DNA of 64,000 nucleotides from contig OZ076421.1 of assembly GCA_964187785.1 (NCBI GenBank), positions 7,192,001 to 7,256,000 on the forward strand, written 5' to 3'. The position numbers were made by a program, and so were the translations under genes. This document shows positions 37,185 to 48,829 of this stretch, in pieces (positions within the stretch are counted from its first letter, which is position 1; every line of letters begins with the position of its first letter). The stretch comes from Amphiscolops sp. MND2022 (lineage: Eukaryota). The notes below the pieces were generated by a model. It saw only the letters and a program-made list of their open reading frames with translations. It did no database searches and was not told where the DNA came from.

Positions 37185-40100
37185 ATGGAAAATACGAACA
37201 ACAACAACGAAACCGACCCAACGGCGGTCAACCAAACAACAGTCGAAAGGACTGAAAGAAACAAGTACAAGATCCCGATCTTATCGGATAGAGAAACTGA
37301 CCTATCAAAAGCCAATCCCAAAATGTGGTGGGAACAAATATCCGAATACATAGATTTGACATACCAAAAGAAACTGGACGAGCTGATGGAACAAGGGACG
37401 GACTCCATGGACCCTCATACAACCTATCACATCAAAGGTGATGTTATATGGGCACTGGGCCCAAAAGCAAAGCACGAAATCATGAGAGGTCAATGGGGAA
37501 AGGAACTTAAAGATATTAGTCTCCAAGAGTTGTTGAAACTATTCAAAAAGACCTTCCTACCAACCAGGAATGTATTCCACAGCCGGGCCCAATTCTTTAA
37601 TATCAAGCAAGAAGATGGCGAAACCCTAGACGAGTACTGGAAGAGGCTGGTAGACATCGAAAGAAAGTGCGAATTTAACACCATCACACCCGAAGACATC
37701 ATTTCATACAAATTCGCAGCAACCATAAACGATAAAAAAGCCCGAGATAAATTCATCAAAGGCCCACTGAAATTATCACTGATATTGGAGACCATTGAGC
37801 TGGACAACTATAACCGTAAATATGGAGACAAACAAACAACCTACAAGAGACAGCGGAAAAACTCATCCGAAAGCACATCAGACGAGGAACAGGTCGGATA
37901 CACAAAACCCGCAACGAGGAAGAAGGCCACGTTCACGGCTAAAAAGAGAAACACGGAGCGGAACTGCCACTTCTGCGGAAAATCCAACTGGACACCCGAC
38001 CACACTTGCCCAGCACGGAAGGCAAAATGTAACAACTGTAAGAAGTCCGGTCATTTTGCAAAGGTCTGCCGATCAAGAACCGTAAACCGGATACAAGAGG
38101 AAGATACCGGTAGCAACACGGAATCATGGCCAGAAATTGACCATATTCAGTCCGTCAACGGCATAAATCGAGTAGACTTCTACAAAGCCATCCTATTGGT
38201 GGACGGACAACCAATTGAATTCATAATTGACACCGGCTCTCCAGTAACGATTATCCCACCAATTATCACTCCAAAACAAATGAAAGCGACTTCAAAGTGT
38301 TTCGTGGACGTAAACAAAAACCCGATAGAATTCAAAGGCGAAGCAATAGTTGAGGTCAAAACAGAGAAAACAAAAGTGATGTTGCCAATCTTAATAACCG
38401 AGAAAAAGAATACACAACCCTTGCTGGGATTGGATTGGCTAGATAAATTGGAAATCGGTTTGCAAGGAAGCCACGAAACAAACATCATCAGGAGCATAAC
38501 CACAAACGAAAAAGGTGAGAAAATTTTTAAAGAATTCGAGGACCTTTTTAAAAACAATCACACCATAAAAAACTTAACCATAGACATTCAATTGAAAAAA
38601 GACGCAAAACCGATACAACAAAAGGGGAGACCAGTACCAATACACTTTCAAAAAATCGTGAAAAAAGAATTAGAAAAATTAATCGAAAAAGGACATTTGG
38701 AAAAAGCTGATAAAACAACTGAAAACTGCTTTGTCTCACCAGCCGTTATAACAATCAAAAAAGACAAATCAGTAAAAATTGCACTAGACTCCCGGAAACT
38801 AAACGAATCTTGCATAAAAAGAAAAGCAACAATGCCAAATATGGAGGAACTAATCAGTCAAATTTCCGCAAAAATTACACAAAATAACGGCGAAATTTGG
38901 ATGTCCAAAATTGATTTAGATTATGCATATGGACAGGCCAAACTATCCGCAGAAGCATCAAGACATTGCGTGTTCTCCATCATTGGCGGCGATTTCACGG
39001 GACACTACCGGTTCAAGAAGGGATTCTACGGCCTATCTGACATACCAACGGTATTTCAAGAACATATAGATAAGGTCCTAGAATTCAAAACGCCGGTATG
39101 GTTAGATGACATCATTTGCGTCACAAACGGAACGATAGAAGAACACGATCGGGAACTACGCGAAGTTCTAATAAAATTGCAAGAAGCCGGTTACCGAGCG
39201 AGTGAAAGAAAAACAGAACTGTTCAAAAAAGAGCTAACCTGGTTAGGGTACTTGATAAACCAAGAAGGGGTAAAGCCAATTAAAGATAAAACCGAGGCTA
39301 TAACAAAATTAAAAGCCCCCACAAACACAAAAGAGCTAAAATCTTTTCTGGGCTCAATACAACATTTATCAAAATTTTTGAACAACTTGTCTAAAAAGAC
39401 AGACAGAATGAGAAAATTACTCAAGAAAGACGTAAAATGGGAATGGACGAAAGAAATAAACGATGATTTTGAACAACTAAAAAAGGAAATAACCGAAACA
39501 CCATGTCTAGCACACTTCGACCCGAAGAAAGATAATTTCATAACCACCGACGCCTGTAATACTGGATTAGGGGCAACCCTATGGCAGAAAGAAAATGAAA
39601 CATTCAGACCGGTGGCGTTTGCCAGCCGATTTCTCACCGAATGTGAACGAAAATATGCTATAAATGAACTAGAATTGCTAGGCGTCTTGTGGGGCCTCGA
39701 ATATTTCAGATATTACGTTTACGGAAAAAAAGTAAACCTTTTGACCGACCACCAGGCACTACAACCACTGCTAAAGCGAAACAGGGCCCACAAACAATAC
39801 AGCGCAAGATTAACACGGTGGCTTGACCGATTGAGCCATTTCGATGTCAACGTGCAATACACCGCTGGTAAAAACATTCCGTTAACAGATTACTTAAGCC
39901 GTCATCCGATCATACACGAACACGAAACGGAAACGCCACACGAAGGCGATGAAAGCGAAGCCGAAGAGGAATTCGTAATCAATCAGATATACGGCTTATT
40001 CGAGTTCAATCGTACGAACGGCAGTATTACGCAACACATGCGACGACCACCACCGGTAAAGAATTCCGACCAATCAGAACGCAGAACGCAAATACGCAAA

Positions 40101-42479
40101 CAAAACGACCGCGAACATTCAATCCAAACTTTCTCACCGCAAAAAGATATTGACTCACCAAACAATTCAAACCTTGATTCGCAAGCACCGAAAATGTCAA
40201 AGATGGATAAAGTAAACGGAATCGATTTACAGTTTATATTCAAAAAACGGGGACATTCCCCAGAAACTAGCCGTCTACGGACCGAACGATTTAAACTTCT
40301 TCAACCAAATCGAACCAGAATTGTGGGAAAAGGCAAGGACAACGAGCGGATATTGGAATATCGTCCTTCACAACAAGACCGAAAAGAAATTGAGAAATTA
40401 AACATCTTGATTTACAATAGATTCTTTTACCATTGTGAGAAACTCGGGACCACCCCACTCAGGGAATTTAACGAAAACCAACACGAGTCTTGGATAAACA
40501 CCTCGTCAGACAATGAAAGCCAGATTAGCCACGTAAAAACCGAAAAGTGCCCAACAAATATCCTCAAAAAGTTCAAAAAACATGAGAGCATCAATCTTAT
40601 CAGATTGAAACAAACAGCGAAGCGAAATGTCCTGCCAGAAGAACGAAACGAGAAAACAGCCGAAACGATCAGAAGAGCCGAAAGAGACTTTTCCATGGAT
40701 TTACCTCTACTAGTTGAGGAAACTGCACAGGACACTAAAATACTTGACGCAATTATCGCGCTAGAAGCTGGAAAAAGAGACGGTATCTTCTACCCATACC
40801 GACCACACCGTGAACATCTGGAGACCAGATTTGGACTATTATTCTACAATGATAGAATAGTCATTCCAGAAGCAATGCGGTCAACCATAATTGCCATGCT
40901 ACACAGCGGCCATGTCTCGATCAACAAAATGGACAAATCAGCAGAAGCATTTTGGTGGCCGGGACTACATCGGGACATTAGAGAAAAGGCAGAAAACTGC
41001 CCCAGTTGCCGAGTAGCAGGTAAGAATCTAAAAACACAATTACCGCAAACGGAAATAAATAGGCTCGAACTTTTAACCGAACCCGGCCAAGAAATTCAAT
41101 TGGACTTCGCCGGTCCAATCAAATCAAAATCGCGCGGAGACATTTACATTTTAGTAGCCATCGACCGTTTTAGCAAATGGCCAACCGCACAAATTTGCAA
41201 AAATACGGACTCTCGGACCGTAATAAAGTTTTTAACAAAATACTGCACCGACAACGGAACACCGAAAACGATACGCACCGACAACGGTAGCTGTTTTAAA
41301 AGCAACGAGTTTAAAGATTACTGCAACGGTGAAAACATTAAACGAATTAGGTGTACCCCGAATTTACATACGGGAAACGGATTGGTCGAGAGAACGATAC
41401 GCACAATTAAGTCATTAACAAGAGCCAATTTAGAAGACGGCCTAACTTTTGAAGAAAGCGTCGCAAGGGCAATTAAAACAATTAGACAAACACCACACAA
41501 CATACTGAAAATGACTCCCTTTCAATTACACCACGGACGAAAACCACGCACACCGATCACCAATCTGATTGGACAACCCACCTGCCTATTAGCGGACTGG
41601 AAGAAAACATTAACCAATTATTTTTTAGCACAACCGGCGGAGCTACAAGTTTTTACAGTCCACGATTCCGACGGGGAACTCGCAGATTATTTGGTCCTCA
41701 ACGAGTCAAGGAAGAGGGGTAGATCGGTAAGAGACAATTTTAAAAGTTACCAATTTTTTGAAAAGGATACCAAGCCCAATGCAATGAAATGCAGGTTCAA
41801 AACCAATAAAATTTTAACCGCAGCTAATGAGACTAAACATACGATAACCACAACCGATGGAAAGGTTATCCACAAAAAACTAGCATCTAACCCCTTTAAA
41901 TTTCAGCCAGCAAAGAAAACAGAAGAGCCGAGGAAACCCACCAACAGATGCACCAGATGCGGCCGATTCAGTCACGATGATCTATGTGACACCCACAAAA
42001 GAATCCGTTCCGAACAACAGGGACAATCAACGAGCGCAGATAAAACCATCCCCACAATGCCAATTGAAAGGTCCGAAGCACGACCGGATATCACGGTAAT
42101 ATCCGACAGCCAGTCATCACACGCGGATGAATTACCGAGCACGGCAAACATTGATCCGGAACTAACCATTACAGCCGAAATTAAATACGACGATGCCGTG
42201 AAACCAATAGAAGAGACTCGAGAGAACGAAACTCCCGCCATATCTCCACCAGTGGACTGCAGCACGGAGAAAACAAAGCGTACTGCTAAGGACTTCGACA
42301 ACACCCCTACTGGGTCGCCACAAAAAATACACACGTCCCCAAATAGAGGTGTAGTAGAACTTAATTTAGACGGGGGGGAAAATATAGAAAACAAGGTGGT
42401 AGAAAAAGGGATCCGCAGATCAGACAGAATAAAATCTGCAAAAAGAGTAGTAAAAATGGGAGGAATAGAATATTTCTAA
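37185..42479 (+). CDS. Gag-Pol polyprotein, 1764 aa (Gag with two zinc knuckles, aspartic protease, RT, RNase H, DDE integrase)
   Basis: CHFCGKSNWTPDHTC and CNNCKKSGHFAKVC; FIIDTGS; WLDDII; TTDAC, ELELLG, TDHQAL; LHSGH...CPSC; QLDFAGP, RTDNG, GLVER. Confidence 0.98.
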   Translation: MENTNNNNETDPTAVNQTTVERTERNKYKIPILSDRETDLSKANPKMWWEQISEYIDLTYQKKLDELMEQGTDSMDPHTTYHIKGDVIWALGPKAKHEIMRGQWGKELKDISLQELLKLFKKTFLPTRNVFHSRAQFFNIKQEDGETLDEYWKRLVDIERKCEFNTITPEDIISYKFAATINDKKARDKFIKGPLKLSLILETIELDNYNRKYGDKQTTYKRQRKNSSESTSDEEQVGYTKPATRKKATFTAKKRNTERNCHFCGKSNWTPDHTCPARKAKCNNCKKSGHFAKVCRSRTVNRIQEEDTGSNTESWPEIDHIQSVNGINRVDFYKAILLVDGQPIEFIIDTGSPVTIIPPIITPKQMKATSKCFVDVNKNPIEFKGEAIVEVKTEKTKVMLPILITEKKNTQPLLGLDWLDKLEIGLQGSHETNIIRSITTNEKGEKIFKEFEDLFKNNHTIKNLTIDIQLKKDAKPIQQKGRPVPIHFQKIVKKELEKLIEKGHLEKADKTTENCFVSPAVITIKKDKSVKIALDSRKLNESCIKRKATMPNMEELISQISAKITQNNGEIWMSKIDLDYAYGQAKLSAEASRHCVFSIIGGDFTGHYRFKKGFYGLSDIPTVFQEHIDKVLEFKTPVWLDDIICVTNGTIEEHDRELREVLIKLQEAGYRASERKTELFKKELTWLGYLINQEGVKPIKDKTEAITKLKAPTNTKELKSFLGSIQHLSKFLNNLSKKTDRMRKLLKKDVKWEWTKEINDDFEQLKKEITETPCLAHFDPKKDNFITTDACNTGLGATLWQKENETFRPVAFASRFLTECERKYAINELELLGVLWGLEYFRYYVYGKKVNLLTDHQALQPLLKRNRAHKQYSARLTRWLDRLSHFDVNVQYTAGKNIPLTDYLSRHPIIHEHETETPHEGDESEAEEEFVINQIYGLFEFNRTNGSITQHMRRPPPVKNSDQSERRTQIRKQNDREHSIQTFSPQKDIDSPNNSNLDSQAPKMSKMDKVNGIDLQFIFKKRGHSPETSRLRTERFKLLQPNRTRIVGKGKDNERILEYRPSQQDRKEIEKLNILIYNRFFYHCEKLGTTPLREFNENQHESWINTSSDNESQISHVKTEKCPTNILKKFKKHESINLIRLKQTAKRNVLPEERNEKTAETIRRAERDFSMDLPLLVEETAQDTKILDAIIALEAGKRDGIFYPYRPHREHLETRFGLLFYNDRIVIPEAMRSTIIAMLHSGHVSINKMDKSAEAFWWPGLHRDIREKAENCPSCRVAGKNLKTQLPQTEINRLELLTEPGQEIQLDFAGPIKSKSRGDIYILVAIDRFSKWPTAQICKNTDSRTVIKFLTKYCTDNGTPKTIRTDNGSCFKSNEFKDYCNGENIKRIRCTPNLHTGNGLVERTIRTIKSLTRANLEDGLTFEESVARAIKTIRQTPHNILKMTPFQLHHGRKPRTPITNLIGQPTCLLADWKKTLTNYFLAQPAELQVFTVHDSDGELADYLVLNESRKRGRSVRDNFKSYQFFEKDTKPNAMKCRFKTNKILTAANETKHTITTTDGKVIHKKLASNPFKFQPAKKTEEPRKPTNRCTRCGRFSHDDLCDTHKRIRSEQQGQSTSADKTIPTMPIERSEARPDITVISDSQSSHADELPSTANIDPELTITAEIKYDDAVKPIEETRENETPAISPPVDCSTEKTKRTAKDFDNTPTGSPQKIHTSPNRGVVELNLDGGENIENKVVEKGIRRSDRIKSAKRVVKMGGIEYF

Positions 42480-42612
42480 CAAAATCTGAATTTAGATCCA
42501 AAGTCAAAGAACATTGGAAAAGCCAACGTCTCCCGCCGCAGCCCAAAGAACACAACAAAGACGGGAACTAACAAGAAACCCGGCGAGAATTGAGGTCGCT
42601 CTCACCAATCCC

Positions 42613-42625
42613 GAGGAGGGGGGAA
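42613..42625 (+). promoter_or_regulatory. Polypurine tract of element 2
   Basis: GAGGAGGGGGGAA directly before the 3' LTR. Confidence 0.88.
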
Positions 42626-42806
42626 TGAAGAGAGAATAGTCTAGACAACAGTAATTAGATACCTGCCAATGAACTTACATTGTCCTCTAGACTATATTCA
42701 TTTGATGCAAACTTTACGTTGAGTACAGTGATACTTTGTATGTTACATTACCTACACATTCTTAACTTGAACATCTTACTTCAAACTTTTTATCGAGTCT
42801 ATAACA
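42626..42806 (+). repeat. 3' LTR of element 2
   Basis: Identical by eye to 36965-37145. Confidence 0.97.
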
Positions 42807-45800
42807 TCTAATATTTCATAATCGAAAAAAAAGACATTCAATTGTGAAGTGAAACTATAAAAATATTTCTAATTACAATTTCTGGCTCTTCTACCTAATT
42901 TTATTCTGCCAGTGGTCACTCGATTAAGAAACCTATTTTTAGGGCCAGTTCTTGAAACAATATACTTGGGATCAATTGCGAAATGGAAAGCAGAGCCATT
43001 TAGCCACGTTAAATCTAATCAGTGCCTTTTGAACTTTTTCTGCCAAACACTGCTCGGGGTAACTATTTTAATTTATGTGATAACAACAATAATCCATCAT
43101 TAGACCAAGCCAAAATTGCAACCTTTGGCGCTATATTCCGGAGATAGCTCCCGGCAAATTCGCATGGGAAACAAAGGATGTGAATTTCGAAGGGAAGCTA
43201 GCGCTAATTTAATTTTACACAGTCAAGCCTTTAAATTAAGGCTCTATTTAGCAAATGGGGAAGTCTTTATTTCACAACACTCGTGCAAGCGGCGTGAAAT
43301 AAATTGGTGACACAAAAAATGCGACTTTTTTCCCCGCAGGTTGTAATTAGTGAACATTTTGAGTTCGCTTTCAAACAAATAGACCAACATATATTTCGCA
43401 ATTCATGGAACCGCCGGCTTCAAAATAAAAATTGCAGGCTGATTTATTTCAAATTGCAATCCATTTTGATTTCAACATGAAAGTTCCACCCAGTCGTATT
43501 GCGCTACGAGCATATAGAGACCCATTTCTTCTGTTCAAGGAGCTTGTTTTAAAAACAGTTTTTTTCTTCTCGGTTAGAGTGATTTTATCAGTTTTAGAGC
43601 TCCGAAAAGCAACAGAATTGGGACACTATATTTTCGATGTGAAAAACTCTTTCTTGAAACTAGCAAGCAGAGAACGGCTCAAGTCGGCGCCCCGCTCAAG
43701 GTATTAAAAAAAGCAAAATATTTCAAGTATGTCAAGAGACACTTTTGTGAAAATTTTCATCAAATTTACAGTGCCCTTGTTCAACTTGCTTGAACTTTTT
43801 ATATGTTTTTTAAAAGTTGCCAGAAACTTTTCAAATGATTTTCTAAAACTCTTACAGAAACTTTAATGCCTTAATATTTCCCTTTTGTCATCAATTCTAT
43901 CAAACTGCTTGAAAGAATCATCAAAGTTTTGGCGGCAATTTCAAGCCGCGAAGTTCTGCAAGTATCAATATGCATCAGCTCTAATTTTAAATGAAGCTGA
44001 GACGTCAACACGTTTGCCGCCCCTTTAATGCAAATTAACTTCAATCACAATGTAAACAACAAACTAGCGTCATCTTCAGGGTTCTGTTTGAGAAGCGGTG
44101 ATTAAATTGGATGAGTAGTTGAGAAATTAATGCGTGAATACAACGTGATTGTGTCCGTAAAGGTGGGGGAAATAGTTTCAAATTTAACTGCAAAAGTGGA
44201 GAATGCAGTGTAATCTACAAAGTTTACCACCGGATGCTTACTGAAATTTCTCGAATTTATGAAAAATTACCCTGTATGCCGAAGAGATACCAATAAGACC
44301 CGAAAACCTTTTTTACACTGAATCATAGTGCTGAAAACTCAAAAAAGACCCTCTAGGTTTGCAAAACGCTTTTTTCGAGCCGAAAGTTTGTTAAGGCAGT
44401 ACACTTTGATCACACTACTGTTTTCTGAAAAAACTTGCAAAGTACGTGGGTCTTTTCCATAATATTTGAGAAAACTCTCATCAGTCCCATATGACAAAAA
44501 CATGATAAAAAAGATCACACTTAACACCCGGAAAATGGTTTTCGTTGAAAAAAACTCCGAAAACAAAAAAATTATGAAACTTTTTCGGTAAACTGCATTG
44601 TGCCGAGAAACCTAAGATGGTCCTATATGCTCGCAAAACGCTTTGTATCTGCTTAAAATCAAGGAAACACTTCAGTTTTAAAATCTTATGCATTAAAAAC
44701 GTTGTATAGTGCCGGAAAAAAACAAAGGGGGACCCTTTGGTCTCTCCTCTACTTTTGCAAGCATTAAAATTTTTTAGATTAGTGCGAGACTCAAACAAAC
44801 CGGACCCCTTCTGCTTCTCAGACCTCTCAGTCCTCAAATCCTAGTTAACCCCTAGGCCCAGTGGCAGAGTATATAAACTTATAGAAATATGCCTATAGAA
44901 TTATGTCAGTTCGCTGGTCTTAAAAAAGCCACTGCATAGACATTCCTTTTCTTCGAAAAGCGCCTACTAAAAATCACAGGGAAAGACTTTTAAAAAACGT
45001 TGACAATTTCCACAGTGTCATTCAACTTTCAAAAGATGTACCTATGTTACAAAAAAGCTAAATTTTCATTTATTTTGTAAAACACATATGAAGTGCACTT
45101 TTCCACACGATATGCTCTCGGACTGGTAGGGGGGTTGAGTCAAACTGTACAACTAAAGTGATCCATGAATTTTTGCATATTAAGGTTTCACCCAAAATAA
45201 AAGTTCGATAGCATACCTTCTACCAAAAGTCTTTGATTCATATTTATCATTACTAAACACTGAGTTCATTCATTCGACACCTTTCTGGCTATCTAACAAC
45301 TTCAAATGAAATATAGAACAAATTTGACGCTCAAAGATGTGCATTCCGCAAAAATCGCTTTTGCATAATCTCTCATTTAAGTCATTCATGTGGTAAACAT
45401 CATTTTCACAAAATATGGAATCCAAAATGTCCTAAGACTGACCTTCGAAATGCACCTGTTTCTCTTTTTGATTATGCGCTGTTTGTTCCAACGTGGCAAA
45501 CTATTGCTTTCCATAGGAGCGACAAAATCCCATGTAACTTTGCAGATTTCTCCTGAAGCCATTACTAGAGTGTGACTCCATGGTCTAGAGAAATAAACTG
45601 TATCGGAAAACTGTAAGTTGACGGGAATAGATATCATTATACACTACTGAAATCCAACCTTGTCATTCGAAATCACTTCTGAATCTTTTTCTCAATCAGT
45701 TTAGATGACTTATTGTATTAATCAATAAATGTTTGGGTGATTCTCGTTTCCTTTCCTGTAAAGAGAAACTGTTTTGACCGTTTGAGACTATAACGGCAAC

Positions 45801-45820
45801 AAGGCATTTCTAGAAAAATA

Positions 45821-46579
45821 CAGTAGCGTTCTAAAATATCGCAACCTCATAGCATAAAATGGCAAAATTCAAAACCAAATATCTCATAAACTGTCACGAA
45901 TACAAAGTTTTGCCAGCTAGGAAAGTTTCTTAGAATTTTATCTAGTTTACAAAAATGTTTGTTTGAAATTTCTACGACCGTTACCAAAAAAGTTAGAAAT
46001 TGCAAATTTTAGTAAATTTTAATTGAAATTTGAGTTTTTTTCGAAAATTGTGTAACTTCGAATAATTTTTTTGGATTTTTTTTTCATTGGGAAACTTCCT
46101 ATAATCTCCCGAACCTAAGGAATTGTTTTGATCGACATTTTTTTTCGAATCAGAAAAAATACACTATATTTTGTGTCTATGAGCACTGAAGTACATGTAT
46201 TAAGATAGGCTATAAGAATTGTATTTAGAAAATTGATGATTTTTATTTGAAATCGAAAAAGTTTTCCGATCAAATTATATCAGCATCCCCAGGAGATTTA
46301 GGGGCAAATGATGGACTGAAAATTTTTCAAAAATATATTTTCAACTTTGTGAAAATCCAGAAAAAGTACAAATTTGATTAAATTTTGTCAAAATTTTCAC
46401 TTTCTAACTTTTGTAATTTTTGCCGCAGAAATTTCAAACAAACATTTTTGTAAACTAGATAAAAGTCTAAGAAACTTTCCTAGCTGACACTTTTTCGTAT
46501 TTGTGACAATTTTCAAGAAATTTGGATTTGAAATTTGCAATTTTAAGCATTGGAGTTGCGATATTTTAGAACGCTACTG
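45821..46579. mobile_element. Tc1/mariner-type MITE with ~190-bp TIRs and TA TSD
   Basis: TA|CAGTAGCGTTCTAAAATATCGCAAC ... GTTGCGATATTTTAGAACGCTACTG|TA; arms stay similar for about 190 bp. Confidence 0.88.
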
Positions 46580-46800
46580 TAGGCCGCAGCGGCGCACAGT
46601 ATTATTTCTGCTTTTAGCCTTTTATGTTCAATAGTAGAAGGAAATCTTAATCATTTATAAAGCGCACTAAATCGTTCTACCAGTTTGCACCGCCTTTAAT
46701 TCTTCTCGGACTGAAGAAAATATAACTACGAAGCGTAGACGACGTTTTGCATTCGCATTTGAATGAAGGCGAAGCTCTCAACGAACGAATAATTAACACT

Positions 46801-46900
46801 CATTCGCTTCATCTCAATAACTCGGCGTACGGAAGCATAATTACGAACATTCACTCGCTTCATCTCAATGAATTCGGCGTACGAATGCATAATTACCGCT
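46801..46900. repeat. Short tandem repeat, 51-bp period, about 2 copies plus degenerate flanks
   Basis: CA(T/C)TCGCTTCATCTCAAT...TCGGCGTACG..GCATAATTAC at 46801 and 46852. Confidence 0.75.
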
Positions 46901-47818
46901 CGCTCGTTCTATCTCACGAGAAACGAATTGCTGTCGGCAGCTTGAGAGATTCAAATCTCACGCTTATGCTCACTGCCGTGTTTTGAAGGTAAATTATCGA
47001 TAAATCAATTAAAGACTAGGAATGCATAAACTTTTGGTACCCTACTGTAGTTTTGTTGAAAGGAATGGCAGCGTTTTATTCGACTTCTATAGCCACTTGG
47101 TTGAGAGGGACCGATTGCTATTGTTTTCATTTCAATCTATTAGTTCCGGTTGTCCTTTTTGGAAGGTATGCGTTTTTAATGTCCGGCAAATTTTTTCCGA
47201 CTAATTTTGGAACCAGTTACCAAGTTTTCACATCTTCTTGGGTTCAAGTCTCATTGGGTACATGTGGTTGCTGAAAGTTTTGTATTTATTTGAAGCCGCT
47301 GGAATTGAAGAACTGGGTTCTCCATCCAATTTTAGAATACCCAATCAGGCGCTCATACTTCAGTTTTCTCAAAATTTTCGAAAAAGTTTTTTTTTAAAAC
47401 TGAGACTTCGCGAAAAAGCCACAATTGCCCACGATTCTCGCGTGAAACTAAAATTACTTGGAAAAGGTTCCATGATACAGAATTAAGTTCAACGAACGAA
47501 GCATGGCTGACATCCTGTATAGTTGTTAGCTGGACGTTTTGATTTTTTTTTCAAAAAACATCGGTTGGCCATTCTCACAGCAACCATTCGCAAATAGCTA
47601 TACGTATGTTAAAGATAATTGCCGATTCCTAAAGACAACTAAAATTATTTCCCCATTATTGCCTTATTACTGAAACCGCATTGTGTTTGTTTTTGCATAC
47701 GGACTGTCTTCTTTGCTGCTCTGGTTGTAACGCAAACACGATTTTTATGTTTCTGAAAGGGCCATGAAACCAACTTCTTCGAAATTCTGAACCAGTGGCA
47801 TTTCGATGTTTTTGTATG

Positions 47819-48829
47819 CCCTAGTTAAATCTGCTGGGAAGTTTTACATGTTAATTAAGGTTGCCAAGCACTTTTAGTATGATTTTGGGAGTTCCTTGGT
47901 GAATCATTCATGCTAAATATTTCCCTGATGCAATGCTATTTCTTCAAGTATTTATTAGGATTTCTATACAAATTGGTGGGTGTTCAGAGCAACATCGAGG
48001 AAATTCAAGAAATATTCCCCGCAAAATCTTCCAAGTTTTTGCGGGCAAAACGTCAATTTTTGTAAGTACACACGCTACAATGTGACGTAAACAAATAATC
48101 TTAGTGTGCCGGTGTGGCAAACAAATTCGTATCACTGGAATTTTTTGAAGGAAAATTTTTTGTTAAGGCAAATGTTGTAAAAACCTGATATTCATCACAT
48201 TCTGGTTTTGGAAAATCAAAAAAATGATTCCAGAGTTCTACAGGCGATTCATGAGGGACTACTTTGAGAGCGGAAAATTGAAATTTAGCTGTTTTGATTG
48301 GGTAAAATTTCAACCTTAAAAAACTTTTTCCAACTTTTTTGAGATGTTTTTGATATTGGAGGAGTTCAGGATTTGTTGCTTCCCAATTGCTAAACATTGT
48401 TTGCCATGCCTTTGAATTGCTTCTTTTCTCAATTTTGAAGTATTTCCTTAATATTCATCCTAATTCAGATTCACTTTTCAATATTTCTTCAAATCGCCAT
48501 TAGTTGAGGTTTCAGCTTTCTAGACAATCGTAGAGGAAAATCATTATTCTTAGCCTGGTTACAGTGTTGAGAAAGTATTTAACGGGTTTTTACGCGTGCG
48601 CTGACGTTCGCGAAAAAACTAATAATGTAGGGACTTTTTTTCAAAAATTTTGCAAGTTGCAGGGACTTTTTTTCAATGCGCAGTAAAATGCTGCCAGGAT
48701 TTTCCATGCTGCAGTGTAATTTTACAAGTTTTTTTCCCTGCGCGCAGTATGAATTTTTTATGTTTTTTAAAAAATTACCCTGCGTGCATGCCTGCAACGT
48801 GTACAAAGTCACGGCAGTTTCAACTAGGG
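47819..48829. mobile_element. Degenerate ~1-kb element with CCCTAG...CTAGGG termini
   Basis: Left CCCTAGTTAAATCTGCTGGG, right GCAGTTTCAACTAGGG; the right arm (AAAAATTACCCTGCGTGCATGCCTGCA) matches the reverse complement of 31304-31365. No clean TSD. Confidence 0.5.

Larger units (their letters stand above)
36965..42806 (+). mobile_element. Intact Ty3/Gypsy LTR retrotransposon, Mag-like (element 2)
   Basis: 181-bp LTRs (36965-37145 and 42626-42806) identical by eye, TSD TCTAA (36960-36964 and 42807-42811), PBS, PPT, one uninterrupted gag-pol ORF. Confidence 0.98.
35052..44324 (+). repeat. Tandem segmental duplication, copy B (interrupted by element 2)
   Basis: Starts TGGCTTGGAATTGCC as at 31679; ends TTTTACACTGAATC as at 35049; has ~68 bp (44233-44300) that copy A lacks. 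Confidence 0.93.

Noticed and set aside
37154-42558. Numerous minus-strand ORFs inside the retrotransposon gag-pol regions (also in elements 1 and 3)
   Set aside because: Expected shadows of A-rich coding strands; hydrophobic low-information translations.
46801-46900. 51-bp repeats, and the 30-bp direct repeat at 50281-50339, as CRISPR-like arrays
   Set aside because: Head-to-tail tandem copies with no unique spacers and no cas genes, in eukaryotic DNA.
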